DNA from: an uncultured Gammaproteobacteria bacterium
GTDB taxonomy: Bacteria; Pseudomonadota; Gammaproteobacteria; JAURND01
NCBI GenBank assembly: GCA_963714975.1
Contig: CAVQQD010000002.1
Coordinates: 448,001 to 512,000, forward strand
Length of the DNA stretch: 64,000 bases
Reading direction: 5' to 3'
The notes under the pieces are model-generated. The model was not told where the DNA came from, made no database searches, and worked only from the letters and a program-made list of their open reading frames with translations. The position numbers were made by a program, and so were the translations under genes. This document shows positions 30,577 through 40,744 of this stretch, in pieces. Position 1 is the stretch's first letter, and every line of letters starts with the position of its first letter.

Positions 30577-32725
30577 GAGAAATGAAGACTCCATTGTCAA
30601 CGAAGCCGTGATGCATTTGGCTTCTGTGTTTAGCGAAGAAAATTTTAATGAACCTAGCAGTGAGCAAACAGATGCGCTGTGGATTGCGTGCGAATATATT
30701 TGTCGTGATCTAGCGATGGCTATTCAAAAACCTGCGCGAATTCCTGAACAAGCAAATTATCATAGTTTATTGATGGAAATTGCTCGCGCTTCTTCCTTTC
30801 GAGTTCGCCGCGTAGCGCTAAAAGGGCAGTGGTGGCGTTTTGATAATGGTCCCTTGTTAGTATTTGATGCCAATACTCAATCTCCCCAGGCATTGGTTTT
30901 AGATAAAAAAGGCCAGTACCAATTAATTGATCCGATCACTGGTGACAGACGTTTGGTGGATGAAAAAGTAGCACATGAATTAGCTGGCTTGGGTTATACC
31001 TTTTATAAAAGTTTGGCGAATGCCAAGTTAACCTGGTGGGGATTGCTACGTTTTGCATTCCAAGGACGGACTCGTGATGTTTGGCGAACTTTAGCTTTGC
31101 AAGCGGGTGTGGGTTTGTTCGCACTTTTTATTCCGATTGCGACGGGCATTATTTTAGACATAGCCGTACCCAATGCTAACCTTTCTATCTTAGGTCAATG
31201 GGTAATAGGATTACTGGTTTTCACCCTCGTGGCAGCAATTTTTAATGCCAGCCAAGTTTTGTCATTATTGCGTCTGCGTTTTAAGATGAATGCTTATACC
31301 CAAGGGGCTATTTGGGATCGTTTGTTGCGATTACCGGTAGGTTTTTTTCGTACCTTTACCCCAGGGGATCTTGCTGTAAGAGCCTCGGGTGTTGATACCA
31401 TTCAACAAGATTTGACTGATGCTGCGCTGCAAACCTTACTAAGCGGCGTGTTTTCTATCTTCACTTTTGGGCTGATGATTTATTATTCGTCTTCTTTAGC
31501 GTTGGTTGCATTGGTGTTGTTAGCTTTGTTTGTCGCTGCAATCATTCTGGAAGCTCAAATTGAATTAAAATTTCAGCGTCCGGTAGCAAAATTGGGTGGG
31601 ATGTTAGCTGATTTGATGCTGCAATTTCTCACGAATATCAGTAAATTGCGGGTTTGTCATAGTGAAACCCGGGCCTTTGCAATTTGGGCAAAACAGTTCT
31701 CCAGGAAAAATCGGCTTTTTCTCGGTGCCTCATTGTGGGCCATTCGTTTTTCCATTTTTCGGACCTTGCTGGCAACCTTAGGCATAATTGGCTTATACGG
31801 TTTGGTGGGCAGTAAATTCTCATCTTTGAGTTTTGGTAGTTTTATTGCATTTAATGCGGCTTTTGGGCAATTTTTTGTGTCTGTATTAGGATTGGCGGGA
31901 GTGTTTGCAACGATTATCCGTATCATTCCGCTCTATGAACGTATTCAACCTATTCTGCATGCGCAACCCGAGCGTGATATGGAGGGCATTGATCCAGGAA
32001 TTCTCTCAGGACAAATTCATTTGGAAAAAATAGGTTTTCGTTATCATTCTGAGGATGCTTGGGTTTTGGAAGATATTAATATGCATATTCCTCCCGGTAA
32101 AATGGTTGCTTTTGTAGGTCCGACAGGTAGCGGAAAATCAACTTTATTTCGCTTGTTGTTGGGTTTTGAAACCCCTGTGACTGGAACTGTAGCTTATGAT
32201 TATCAGGATCTCAGTAAGCTTAATTTGCGCATCCTTCGAGAACAGTTAGGGGTAGTGTTGCAAAATGGAGTGTTGATGTATGGAACCATTTTTGAAAATA
32301 TTGTCGGTTCATTTCCTCTGACGCAAGAGCAAGCCTGGGAAGCTGCTGCGATGGCTGGTTTAGCTAAAGATATCGAGGCAATGCCCATGGGGATGCAAAC
32401 GTTAATTGCGGAAGGGGGGACCACCCTGTCGGGTGGACAGCGCCAACGTTTAATGATTGCTCGTGCTTTAGTACATAAACCACGCGTCTTATTTTTAGAT
32501 GAAGCGACTTCTTCTTTGGATAATCCAACCCAGAAAGAAATAATGCAACAGTTAGAGCAATTGAAAATAACGCGAGTTATTGCGGCACATCGCCTGAGTA
32601 CCGTCATTAATGCGGATTGTATTTATGTAATACAAAATGGCAAGGTCTTGCAAAGTGGTACTTATGAAAGTCTCATTGCTGAAAAAGGCTTGTTTTTAGA
32701 ATTGGCAAGTAGGCAATTAATTTAA
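30569..32725 (+). CDS. NHLM bacteriocin system ABC transporter, second ATP-binding subunit (no active peptidase)
   Basis: RRVALKGQWWRFDNGPLL, WDRLLRLP, GPTGSGKS, LSGGQRQRL, DEATSSLD. Confidence 0.93.
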   Translation: MPKRNEDSIVNEAVMHLASVFSEENFNEPSSEQTDALWIACEYICRDLAMAIQKPARIPEQANYHSLLMEIARASSFRVRRVALKGQWWRFDNGPLLVFDANTQSPQALVLDKKGQYQLIDPITGDRRLVDEKVAHELAGLGYTFYKSLANAKLTWWGLLRFAFQGRTRDVWRTLALQAGVGLFALFIPIATGIILDIAVPNANLSILGQWVIGLLVFTLVAAIFNASQVLSLLRLRFKMNAYTQGAIWDRLLRLPVGFFRTFTPGDLAVRASGVDTIQQDLTDAALQTLLSGVFSIFTFGLMIYYSSSLALVALVLLALFVAAIILEAQIELKFQRPVAKLGGMLADLMLQFLTNISKLRVCHSETRAFAIWAKQFSRKNRLFLGASLWAIRFSIFRTLLATLGIIGLYGLVGSKFSSLSFGSFIAFNAAFGQFFVSVLGLAGVFATIIRIIPLYERIQPILHAQPERDMEGIDPGILSGQIHLEKIGFRYHSEDAWVLEDINMHIPPGKMVAFVGPTGSGKSTLFRLLLGFETPVTGTVAYDYQDLSKLNLRILREQLGVVLQNGVLMYGTIFENIVGSFPLTQEQAWEAAAMAGLAKDIEAMPMGMQTLIAEGGTTLSGGQRQRLMIARALVHKPRVLFLDEATSSLDNPTQKEIMQQLEQLKITRVIAAHRLSTVINADCIYVIQNGKVLQSGTYESLIAEKGLFLELASRQLI

Positions 32726-32820
32726 AATCCCCCTACCCCTTTTGTGGCCCCTCTCCCCCACCCGAGCCTCAGCGAGGGAAGGTGGGAGAGGGGGAGGCCA
32801 AAAGGGGTAGGGGGATTTTA
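32723..32820. terminator. Long nested hairpin between convergent genes (probable bidirectional terminator/REP composite)
   Basis: Arms taaaatccccctacccctttt / aaaaggggtagggggatttta enclosing a family A-like ctctccc...gggagag stem. Confidence 0.65.
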
Positions 32821-33618
32821 ATTGCTTCGTCGAGTTTTTTCATGGATTAATAAGGCTCCAAACAAAATTATTAGCCAAGATATATACAACCAAACTAAAA
32901 AAATGGGAATCGTCGCTAGAGCACCATAAATTAATTGGTAATCAGCGAAATTATTAATATAAAAGCTAAATCCCTTTTTGGCTAGCTCAAGTAAAATAGC
33001 TGAGATGATCCCAGCAAAAATACTATCTAAGTAGGATACTTTAAAGTTTAATACGATAAGGTAAATTACGCTTAATATAAAAGCATCGACGATTAAGGGA
33101 AAAACCGAGATAAAGAAAGGAGCTTTCGAGGCTAGCGAGAATAGAAAAACACTGAGTATTATGCTTAAGCCCATGATAAAAGGTACAATAATTAATACTG
33201 TCCAACGCAAAATGAATGAGGATTTTTTCTGGGGACATTGTTTATTATTATTAACTGCATTTAAAGAGTCGTTGACAGAAGAGATTAGCAATATTACCGT
33301 GATCACAAAAAATAAAATACTGATAGTTGGGAGTTTGGCGGCTTGATTAATAAAAAGAATGAGATAAGGGACAATTACATTTTGAGTACTGGGTAGGAAA
33401 TAAGTCAGAGCATGATCCTTAATGAAGGAAATGGTGTCATTAAAGAAAGGAAAAAATTGCAGAAAAAAGAGCATTATCACGAAAAATGGAACTATAGATA
33501 AAAGCGTGGTATAGACTAATCCTGAGGCGCGATAAGTAAAGTCTTCTTTGAACAAGCGAAGGAATGCCTGCAAAAATACCCCCAAGATTTTTGGGCGAAT
33601 TCGATCCTGTTTCTTCAT
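32818..33618 (-). CDS. yihY: YihY/virulence factor BrkB family membrane protein
   Basis: ASGLVYTTLLSIVP, YQLIYGALATIPIFLVWLYISWLIILFGA. Confidence 0.88.
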   Translation of the reverse strand: MKKQDRIRPKILGVFLQAFLRLFKEDFTYRASGLVYTTLLSIVPFFVIMLFFLQFFPFFNDTISFIKDHALTYFLPSTQNVIVPYLILFINQAAKLPTISILFFVITVILLISSVNDSLNAVNNNKQCPQKKSSFILRWTVLIIVPFIMGLSIILSVFLFSLASKAPFFISVFPLIVDAFILSVIYLIVLNFKVSYLDSIFAGIISAILLELAKKGFSFYINNFADYQLIYGALATIPIFLVWLYISWLIILFGALLIHEKTRRSN

Positions 33619-33733
33619 GTTGATTACTCCAGCCAAAAACTTTAGCAAGATTTTCTTTTAAAAGCAATTGCTTGCACGCTATAATTGTCCTGTACGCGTT
33701 CCTTCTTCTCATAAACCTTCGGCGGGATATAAA

Positions 33734-34366
33734 ATGCATTTTAAAAATCGAACTGAAGCAGGGCGATTATTGGCTCAGGCCTTAAAGCAATATTGTGATC
33801 AAGACGTAGTAGTTTATGCTATCCCTCGTGGTGGGGTAGTCGTTGGGATAGAAATAGCTCATTTTTTGCGAGCACCACTGGATTTAGTGATCACTCGAAA
33901 AATTGGCCATCCTTTCCAAGAAGAATATGCGATAGCGGCTGTTGCTGAAGATGGACATATGTTAGGATCAAAAGTACAATTACAGGCCCTTGATTCAGTT
34001 TGGCTAAACCAAGAGATAGATCGGCAACGTCAGGAAGCGCGCAGAAGAAGAGAAAAATACTTGGGCAATAGGCCTAAGATTGATGTCCAGGGGAAAACCG
34101 CCATTTTGGTCGATGATGGTATTGCGACCGGGATTACGCTGCTTTTGGCTATACAAGAGCTTAAGCACTCTAAGTGCAAGCGAATAGTCGTTGCAGTTCC
34201 TGTGGCGCCTAAATCCACAGCAGTGCAAATTAAAGAAGAAGTAGATGAGTTTATTGCTTTAGATATTCCCGAAGTTTATTTGGGAGCAGTGGGGGCTTAT
34301 TATGGTAATTTTGCCCAAGTCGAAGATGAAGAAGTGATAGCAATTTTAAATCAACAAAAGGAGTAA
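33734..34366 (+). CDS. Phosphoribosyltransferase family protein
   Basis: FKNRTEAGRLLA, IPRGGV, RKIGHP, ILVDDGIATG (PRPP loop), AVGAYY. Confidence 0.88.
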   Translation: MHFKNRTEAGRLLAQALKQYCDQDVVVYAIPRGGVVVGIEIAHFLRAPLDLVITRKIGHPFQEEYAIAAVAEDGHMLGSKVQLQALDSVWLNQEIDRQRQEARRRREKYLGNRPKIDVQGKTAILVDDGIATGITLLLAIQELKHSKCKRIVVAVPVAPKSTAVQIKEEVDEFIALDIPEVYLGAVGAYYGNFAQVEDEEVIAILNQQKE

Positions 34367-34399
34367 TTAAGATGGATGAAGGTTTAAGGAGCAGTTAGC

Positions 34400-37300
34400 G
34401 TGAATGGATTTGTGAGTTTATTGGATCTGATAAGGCAGCGTGCAGCTGAATTTCCTAATCAAATTGCTTATCAATTTGTAACGAGTCATGGTACCTATGA
34501 TTCGCTTACCTATGCTCAATTAGATCACAGAGCCACGGCTGTTGCCGCCGTGTTACGGCAGAGCTCTTGTCAGGGTGAAAGAGCTGTGGTGTTATTACCC
34601 CCTGGCCTAGATTATTTGGTTGCTTTTTTTGGCTGCCTTTATGCGGGCGTCATCGCAGTGCCGGTCTATCCCCCTAGTCGAAATCGACATTCACAAAGAT
34701 TATTTAATATTATTGATGATGCTAAAGTAAATTTTTTTATTACCCATCAAGTTTTTGCTAATCAATATCCAGCAGCTCCCGCGGGGATAAAGATCATTTG
34801 TGTTGATTTAATACCAACGCAAGCTGAGCAAGCAATTCCATCGCTTACTCCAGGTCCTGATGAAATTGCTTTTTTACAATACACTTCGGGTTCGACCAAT
34901 AGCCCTAAGGGGGTTATGGTTAGCTTTGGCAATATCGCTGCTAACTTAGAGGTTCTCAAAAATAATTTTGGTGAACAATGTCATGTGACTTGCTCTTGGC
35001 TACCTCCTTACCATGATATGGGATTAGTCGCGGGAATTATTCTCCCTTTATATCTTAAATCGCGGACTATTTTGATGTCCCCCTCGTATTTTTTGCAGTC
35101 ACCTGTGCGCTGGTTGGAAATTATTTCCAAGGAAAAAGTAGTTCTAAGTGGGGCGCCTAATTTTGCCTATGATTTATGTGTCAAAAAAATTCAGGCTGAG
35201 CAATTACGAAATCTCGATCTAAGTTGCTGGAAATATGCAGTCAATGGTGCGGAAGTCGTTCGACAAGCTACAATACAACATTTTATTGATACCTTCGCGG
35301 TGGCAGGTTTTGCTCCGGAAAGAATCTATCCTTGCTATGGTTTAGCTGAAGCAACTTTGATGCTGACAGGTAAAAAAGCTGCTGCAATCACCCATTCATT
35401 ACCATTACTGAAGACAGAATTAGAACGTGGGCAAGTGGTTATAGCTACTGAAGAAAATGCAGAAAATGTGGTGAATTTTGTTTCTTGCGGCGTAGCTCAA
35501 AAAGATCATGATATTTGCATAGTCGATCCGCACACGCATAAACCTCTTCCAGAGCGAAGCTGGGGAGAAATATGGGCCTGTGGTCCCAGCATTGCTAAAG
35601 GTTATTTTAATAAGCCAGAAATGACAGAAACAATTTTTCATGCTGAATTAACTGAGCCTGTTGCCGGGAAGGAATCAAATTCCTATATGCGTACCGGTGA
35701 TTTAGGTTTTATTTATCAGAATGAGCTTTATGTTGGTGGGCGTATCAAGGACCTGATTATTATTAAAGGATTAAACTATTATCCAGAAGATATTGAATTA
35801 ACTGCCACTGCTAGTCATCCTGCATTTGTACCACATGGGGCCGCTGCTTTTTCTGTAGTGGTTGAAAATGAGGAGCATTTAGTAGTTTTGCAGGAAGTTG
35901 CCCGGGATCAATTACATAAAATTGATGTTGCAGCGGCCTTGCGTGCTATCGAAGTGGCTTTGTTAAATGAGTATGGGCTGCAAGCTTACAGTATTGTGCT
36001 CATTAAACCCCATTCTCTTGCAAAAACTTCCAGTGGGAAAATTCAGCGGTGGGTATGTCGAAGTGAATTTTTAACTAATTCACTACGTGTCCTTGCTACC
36101 TCTCACGCTGCTAACGAAGTTAATCACTCCAACTGCGAAACTTATGAGGCAACGCGAGCTTGGTTAGTCGCTTGGTTTGCTCAGCAATTGCGTGTCTCTG
36201 AGAGTGAAATTAGTGGCAGGGATTTGCATGAATTAGAATTTAGCTCTTTAACAGCCGCTGAATTAGCTAGTGAATTGTCTAATCGATTTGGTAAACGCTT
36301 TGAAATTACTAGCCTACTAGAGCAACCTTCTTTAGAAGATTTAAGCCGATTTATCACGAATCATGGAGTAGCGAAAAATGTTCAGCAAAAGAGCTCAGTA
36401 GAGATCGCAGAAAAATCTTTAGTAAAACCTTTAGACCCAGATTTATTGAGTGCAGTAAAAGATATTTACTTCAAGGTAAATGCTGGAATTTCAGCTAACA
36501 ATACTATCATTGATGGTTCGCAGTATATTAATTTTTCAGGTTACAACTATTTGGGAATGTCCGGCGATGCTCAAGTGACTGCCGCTGTGGTGGCTGCCAT
36601 TCAAGAATTTGGCACCTCAGTTTCTGCGAGTCGTTTAGTCTCTGGAGAAAAACCTTTACATCATCAATTAGAAAATGCCATTTCAAAATTAATCGGGACA
36701 GATGAGACTGCGGTTTTATCTTCGGGATATGCCACTAATTTAGCCGTGATTACCCATTTATTTGGTCCGGGAGATTTGGTTATTTACGATGCCTTAGCTC
36801 ATAACAGTATTTTGCAAGGAGCGCAATTTTCAGGCGCTACTTGCATGGCTTTCCCTCATAATGATATAGGAGCATTAGAAGCAATATTGGAGAAGAAACG
36901 CGATCAATATAGGCGGGTATTAATCGTATCCGAAGGGGTATTTAGTATGGATGGCGATATCTGTGAGGCAACAGCATTAATTGCCATTAAAAAAAGATTT
37001 CAATGCTTTCTCATGTTAGATGAGGCCCATTCCATGGGGGTTATTGGCAATACTGGTTGTGGAATCCGTGAATATTACAATCTTAATCCTAAGGATGTGG
37101 ACATATGGATGGGAACTCTGAGTAAATCATTTGCAAGTTGTGGAGGCTATATTTCAGGTAGTTCTGAATTAATTGAAAACTTTAAATATAGTTCAGCTGG
37201 GTTTGTCTATTCAGCTGGTATTTCTCCTGCTAATACTGCGGCAGCTTTTGCTGCAGTTGAGCTCATGAGACAACAACCGGAGCGGATTAATAATTTACAA

Positions 37301-37579
37301 CAACGTCATTCCTTATTATTGTCTTTATTAAGGAAGGCCAGTATTCCAACCGGCAAGAGTAGTGACACTCCGATAATTCCGCTGATGGCAGGATCAACAG
37401 AGGGGGCAATTAAATTGAGTTCTTATTTAAAGACCTGTTACATCAATGCCTTGCCGATTTTTTATCCAGCTGTTGAAAAAACTTTGGCTCGGGTCAGACT
37501 ATTTGTGAACTGTTTACATACTGAAGAACAAGTGCATTATACAGCTGATGCTATTATTGCGGGCTATCAAACATTATGA
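34400..37579 (+). CDS. Fatty acyl-AMP ligase - ACP - alpha-oxoamine synthase (SPT/AONS-type) fusion
   Basis: FAAL: QYTSGSTNSPKG, WLPPYHDMGL, YGLAE, RTGDLG, KTSSGKIQR; ACP-like EFSSLTAAEL; PLP domain YNYLG, HNSI, VFSMDGD, DEAHS, GTLSKSF. Confidence 0.9.
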   Translation: MNGFVSLLDLIRQRAAEFPNQIAYQFVTSHGTYDSLTYAQLDHRATAVAAVLRQSSCQGERAVVLLPPGLDYLVAFFGCLYAGVIAVPVYPPSRNRHSQRLFNIIDDAKVNFFITHQVFANQYPAAPAGIKIICVDLIPTQAEQAIPSLTPGPDEIAFLQYTSGSTNSPKGVMVSFGNIAANLEVLKNNFGEQCHVTCSWLPPYHDMGLVAGIILPLYLKSRTILMSPSYFLQSPVRWLEIISKEKVVLSGAPNFAYDLCVKKIQAEQLRNLDLSCWKYAVNGAEVVRQATIQHFIDTFAVAGFAPERIYPCYGLAEATLMLTGKKAAAITHSLPLLKTELERGQVVIATEENAENVVNFVSCGVAQKDHDICIVDPHTHKPLPERSWGEIWACGPSIAKGYFNKPEMTETIFHAELTEPVAGKESNSYMRTGDLGFIYQNELYVGGRIKDLIIIKGLNYYPEDIELTATASHPAFVPHGAAAFSVVVENEEHLVVLQEVARDQLHKIDVAAALRAIEVALLNEYGLQAYSIVLIKPHSLAKTSSGKIQRWVCRSEFLTNSLRVLATSHAANEVNHSNCETYEATRAWLVAWFAQQLRVSESEISGRDLHELEFSSLTAAELASELSNRFGKRFEITSLLEQPSLEDLSRFITNHGVAKNVQQKSSVEIAEKSLVKPLDPDLLSAVKDIYFKVNAGISANNTIIDGSQYINFSGYNYLGMSGDAQVTAAVVAAIQEFGTSVSASRLVSGEKPLHHQLENAISKLIGTDETAVLSSGYATNLAVITHLFGPGDLVIYDALAHNSILQGAQFSGATCMAFPHNDIGALEAILEKKRDQYRRVLIVSEGVFSMDGDICEATALIAIKKRFQCFLMLDEAHSMGVIGNTGCGIREYYNLNPKDVDIWMGTLSKSFASCGGYISGSSELIENFKYSSAGFVYSAGISPANTAAAFAAVELMRQQPERINNLQQRHSLLLSLLRKASIPTGKSSDTPIIPLMAGSTEGAIKLSSYLKTCYINALPIFYPAVEKTLARVRLFVNCLHTEEQVHYTADAIIAGYQTL

Positions 37580-38232
37580 ATAAAAATCTCTATTCAAACC
37601 AAGTAGTCAACAATGATGGCTGCAGTCCTAGATTATTTGCTAATCCTATTTTAGAGCGTTTAAGTTGTACCTTACCAAGAACCCTATTTTTTGCTTACGC
37701 GCCGCTGGTAGTTTTTTTTCTGTACCAATCTACTAGGCAATGTGCTTATGGGAAAACTGTATTAATTTTTTGTCTAGGTATCTTTCTTTGGAGCTTTGTT
37801 GAGTATTTAATTCATCGTTTTGTTTTCCATTATGTGCCTACACAATCAAAGTGGGAAAAAATAAACCCGCTTTTTTATGGCAATTTTATTCACAACATTC
37901 ATCACGCTTACCCGAAAGATCCCTTGCGGTTGGTGACCCCGTTGGTAGTTACTTTACCCTTAGCAGTAATTTTTTATGGGTTATTTCATATTATATTCGC
38001 TAGCTATGCTCCAGGATTATTTGCTGGTTTTTTGCTAGGGTACCTTGGCTATGATTTGTTGCACGCGTTTACTCATGTTGCTCCTATGCGCAGCCGCTTA
38101 GGGAGATTTTTGAAGCGTTACCATATGCAGCACCATTACTTAGTAGAATACCAATCATTTGGGGTCAGTAGTCCTTTATGGGACTATATTTTTAATACTG
38201 TTCAATCAAAACCTAATAAGAACAGTAAATAA
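37576..38232 (+). CDS. Fatty acid hydroxylase / sterol desaturase family (FA2H/Scs7-like)
   Basis: His boxes EYLIHRFVFH, HNIHH, YDLLHAFTH, HMQHH; FGVSSPLWD. Confidence 0.88.
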   Translation: MNKNLYSNQVVNNDGCSPRLFANPILERLSCTLPRTLFFAYAPLVVFFLYQSTRQCAYGKTVLIFCLGIFLWSFVEYLIHRFVFHYVPTQSKWEKINPLFYGNFIHNIHHAYPKDPLRLVTPLVVTLPLAVIFYGLFHIIFASYAPGLFAGFLLGYLGYDLLHAFTHVAPMRSRLGRFLKRYHMQHHYLVEYQSFGVSSPLWDYIFNTVQSKPNKNSK

Positions 38233-38247
38233 TTGAGGTAAACTGCG

Positions 38248-39375
38248 ATGTCCATCCAAATCGTTCCAGTTAGTTCAAGACAACATTGGAAGCATTTTCT
38301 ACAATTACCAAACGTGTTACATCAACATGATCCCAATTGGGTTCCCCCCTTACAAATTTCAGTCAAAAATATTTTAAATCACAAAAATCCTTTTTTTAAA
38401 CGGGCTAAAGTGCAATATTGGTTGGCTTATCAGCATGAAAAACCTGTAGCGCGTATAGCTGGTATTATTAATGAGGTACATAACGAATTTCACGAAGAAA
38501 AAGTGGCCTTTTGGGGCTATTTTGAGTCTATAGATAATACTCAAGTAGCAGCGCAACTGTTTGTTGCATTGTCACATTGGGTAAGTGGATATGGAATAAC
38601 CACTTTGCGTGGACCAGTCAATCTTTCTACTAATTACGAATGTGGTATGCAAATATCTGCTTTTGACACTAAGCCTTTTGTGATGACGCAGCAGAATCCC
38701 GCCTATTATCCTCACTTGATCGAGTCTTTAGGTTTTGTTAAAGTCAAAGATTTAGAAGCCTGGAAAATGGATCATAAAACAGCAAAATTGGATCCGCGAT
38801 TGTTGGAACGGACAAAAAAATTTGCACAAATGAATGCTATTACAATTCGAACTATTCGCTTAGATCAATTTGATCAGGAAATTTCCGCAATTTATCATTG
38901 TTACAACGATGCTTGGGAACGAAATTGGGGATTTGTCCCCATGCCAAAGGATGAATTTTTATTTCTCGCCAAAGAAATGAAGAGCATTCTTATGCCAGAA
39001 TTTTGTTTTATTATAGAGGTCGCTGGGGAAGTTGCTGGTTTTTCTATCTGGTTGCCCGATATTAATCAGATAGTCATTAAAATTCGGGATGGAAAGTTAT
39101 TTCCTACAGGGTTGTTCAAGCTATTCTGGTATTCGAAAGTACGCAAGGTAATCAATCAAGGAAGAATTATTGCTTTAGGAGTTCGAAAAAAATTTCGACA
39201 TTTAAACTTAGGTTCATTGTTATATAATAAATATTTTGAAACGCTCCCGGCGGCAGGTTACCCAATCAGTGAATGCTCTTGGGTATTAGAGGATAATGAG
39301 GCAATGCGGACTGCGTTGCAGTTTATGAATGGGGAAGTGTATAAGCATTATCGGCTATATGAAAAAGCAATATAA
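38248..39375 (+). CDS. GNAT-fold N-acyltransferase (bacterial ceramide synthase-like)
   Basis: DPNWVPPL, RGPVNLSTNYECG, NPAYY, WERNWGFVP, LPDIN, SWVLEDN; context after SPT-like gene. Confidence 0.75.
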   Translation: MSIQIVPVSSRQHWKHFLQLPNVLHQHDPNWVPPLQISVKNILNHKNPFFKRAKVQYWLAYQHEKPVARIAGIINEVHNEFHEEKVAFWGYFESIDNTQVAAQLFVALSHWVSGYGITTLRGPVNLSTNYECGMQISAFDTKPFVMTQQNPAYYPHLIESLGFVKVKDLEAWKMDHKTAKLDPRLLERTKKFAQMNAITIRTIRLDQFDQEISAIYHCYNDAWERNWGFVPMPKDEFLFLAKEMKSILMPEFCFIIEVAGEVAGFSIWLPDINQIVIKIRDGKLFPTGLFKLFWYSKVRKVINQGRIIALGVRKKFRHLNLGSLLYNKYFETLPAAGYPISECSWVLEDNEAMRTALQFMNGEVYKHYRLYEKAI

Positions 39376-39378
39376 CTT

Positions 39379-40371
39379 ATGAAAGTTTTATTAACAGGTG
39401 CTTCTGGGTTTTTAGGTTCTCACACGGCTGAATGTTTAGTGCAGCATGGTTATCAAGTGCGTTGCTTGGTTCGTCCCAGTGCTAGCCTTAATTTTATCAA
39501 GGAATTTACCTCTGCACTTGAGTTAATTGAAGGGTCTTTAGAAAATACTTCGTCCTTGCAACAGGCGGTGGCTGGAGTAGATGCTATTATTCATTGCGCA
39601 GGTTTGATAAAGGCTAGGACTTCCACGGATTTTTTTAACACGAATGCTAGTGGTACCTTATCTCTACTGGAAGCTGCAAGAAAAACGACACCTTGTTTAC
39701 GGCGTTTTATTTTAGTATCTAGTTTAGCAGCCTGCGGCGCTGCATTAAATAATTTTCAGCCTACTTCAGGTGAGATACTACCTCAACCCGTGAGTAATTA
39801 TGGCCGCAGTAAACTGCAGGCTGAAGTGAACGCAATAAAATATGCTGAAGCGTTTCCGGTCACAATTATTCGTCCCTCTATTGTCTATGGTCCCCGCGAT
39901 TTAAGTATGTTAACGCTTTTTAAAGCTTTTAATCGGGGGATTATTCCGCTGATTGAGGGTGGCGCAGGCGCAGTGAGTACCATTTATGTCAGGGATGCTG
40001 CACAAGCTTTGGTTAAAGCCGTAGCGGCAGAGGTCCCTAGCGGTAACGCTTATTTCTTAGAAGATGGCAGGACTATGACTTGGCGGGAAAGGTATTCTAT
40101 CTGGTCCCAAGCTATTTTAACTGGAAAAAATATTAAAATTCCCGTACCGAATCTATTCCTGGGTCTAACAGCCTGGGCTAACGAATGTTATGGAGCATTG
40201 ACCAAAAAAACAGTATTTTTAACTCGGGATAAATTACGCGAACTGCAGCAAACTTATTGGGTATGCAGCAGTGCTGCAGCTTCACAAGACTTATCATGGA
40301 AGGCTGCCGTTTCTTGGGTAGAGGGAAGCAAGTTAACTTATCAGTGGTATAAAAAAGAGGATTGGTTGTGA
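39379..40371 (+). CDS. NAD-dependent epimerase/dehydratase (extended SDR), candidate ketosphinganine/oxidised-ceramide reductase
   Basis: TGASGFLG, HCAG, YGRSK, RPSIVYGP. Confidence 0.85.
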   Translation: MKVLLTGASGFLGSHTAECLVQHGYQVRCLVRPSASLNFIKEFTSALELIEGSLENTSSLQQAVAGVDAIIHCAGLIKARTSTDFFNTNASGTLSLLEAARKTTPCLRRFILVSSLAACGAALNNFQPTSGEILPQPVSNYGRSKLQAEVNAIKYAEAFPVTIIRPSIVYGPRDLSMLTLFKAFNRGIIPLIEGGAGAVSTIYVRDAAQALVKAVAAEVPSGNAYFLEDGRTMTWRERYSIWSQAILTGKNIKIPVPNLFLGLTAWANECYGALTKKTVFLTRDKLRELQQTYWVCSSAAASQDLSWKAAVSWVEGSKLTYQWYKKEDWL

Positions 40372-40733
40372 AAAAATTTCTTGAGAAATTATATTGGGCA
40401 ACTGTTTTTTCTTTGCGGGGATTGCGTGCTGCTTGGCATTTTCAATGGGCATTTCGGTTGGAAGTTTTGGCCTTTATCTGTGGCATACCTTTGGCTATTT
40501 ATTTTGGACACGAGACCTGGCAAAAATTTATTTTAATATTTTCTTTGCTTTGGATATTAGTAGCAGAACTGCTTAATAGCGCGATTGAAACGATAGTGGA
40601 TCGCATTGGAACAGATCATCATGAATTATCAGGCCGAGCAAAAAATCTGGGGTCAGCTGCGGTATTCATTTTGGTATTAAATGCTTTGCTCACTTGGGGG
40701 ATTATTTTATTGGGAAACCCCCCTTCTCTCTAA
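40362..40733 (+). CDS. dgkA: Diacylglycerol kinase (DgkA family)
   Basis: AFRLE, ELLNSAIETIVD, LSGRAKNLGSAAV. Confidence 0.9.
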   Translation: MVVKKFLEKLYWATVFSLRGLRAAWHFQWAFRLEVLAFICGIPLAIYFGHETWQKFILIFSLLWILVAELLNSAIETIVDRIGTDHHELSGRAKNLGSAAVFILVLNALLTWGIILLGNPPSL

Positions 40734-40744
40734 CCCTCTCCCAC

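Noticed and set aside
36440-37579. bioF (biotin synthesis) assignment for the PLP domain
   Set aside because: No other bio genes nearby, and the FAAL/ACP fusion plus hydroxylase/GNAT/SDR context favour long-chain amino-lipid synthesis; not formally excluded without phylogeny.
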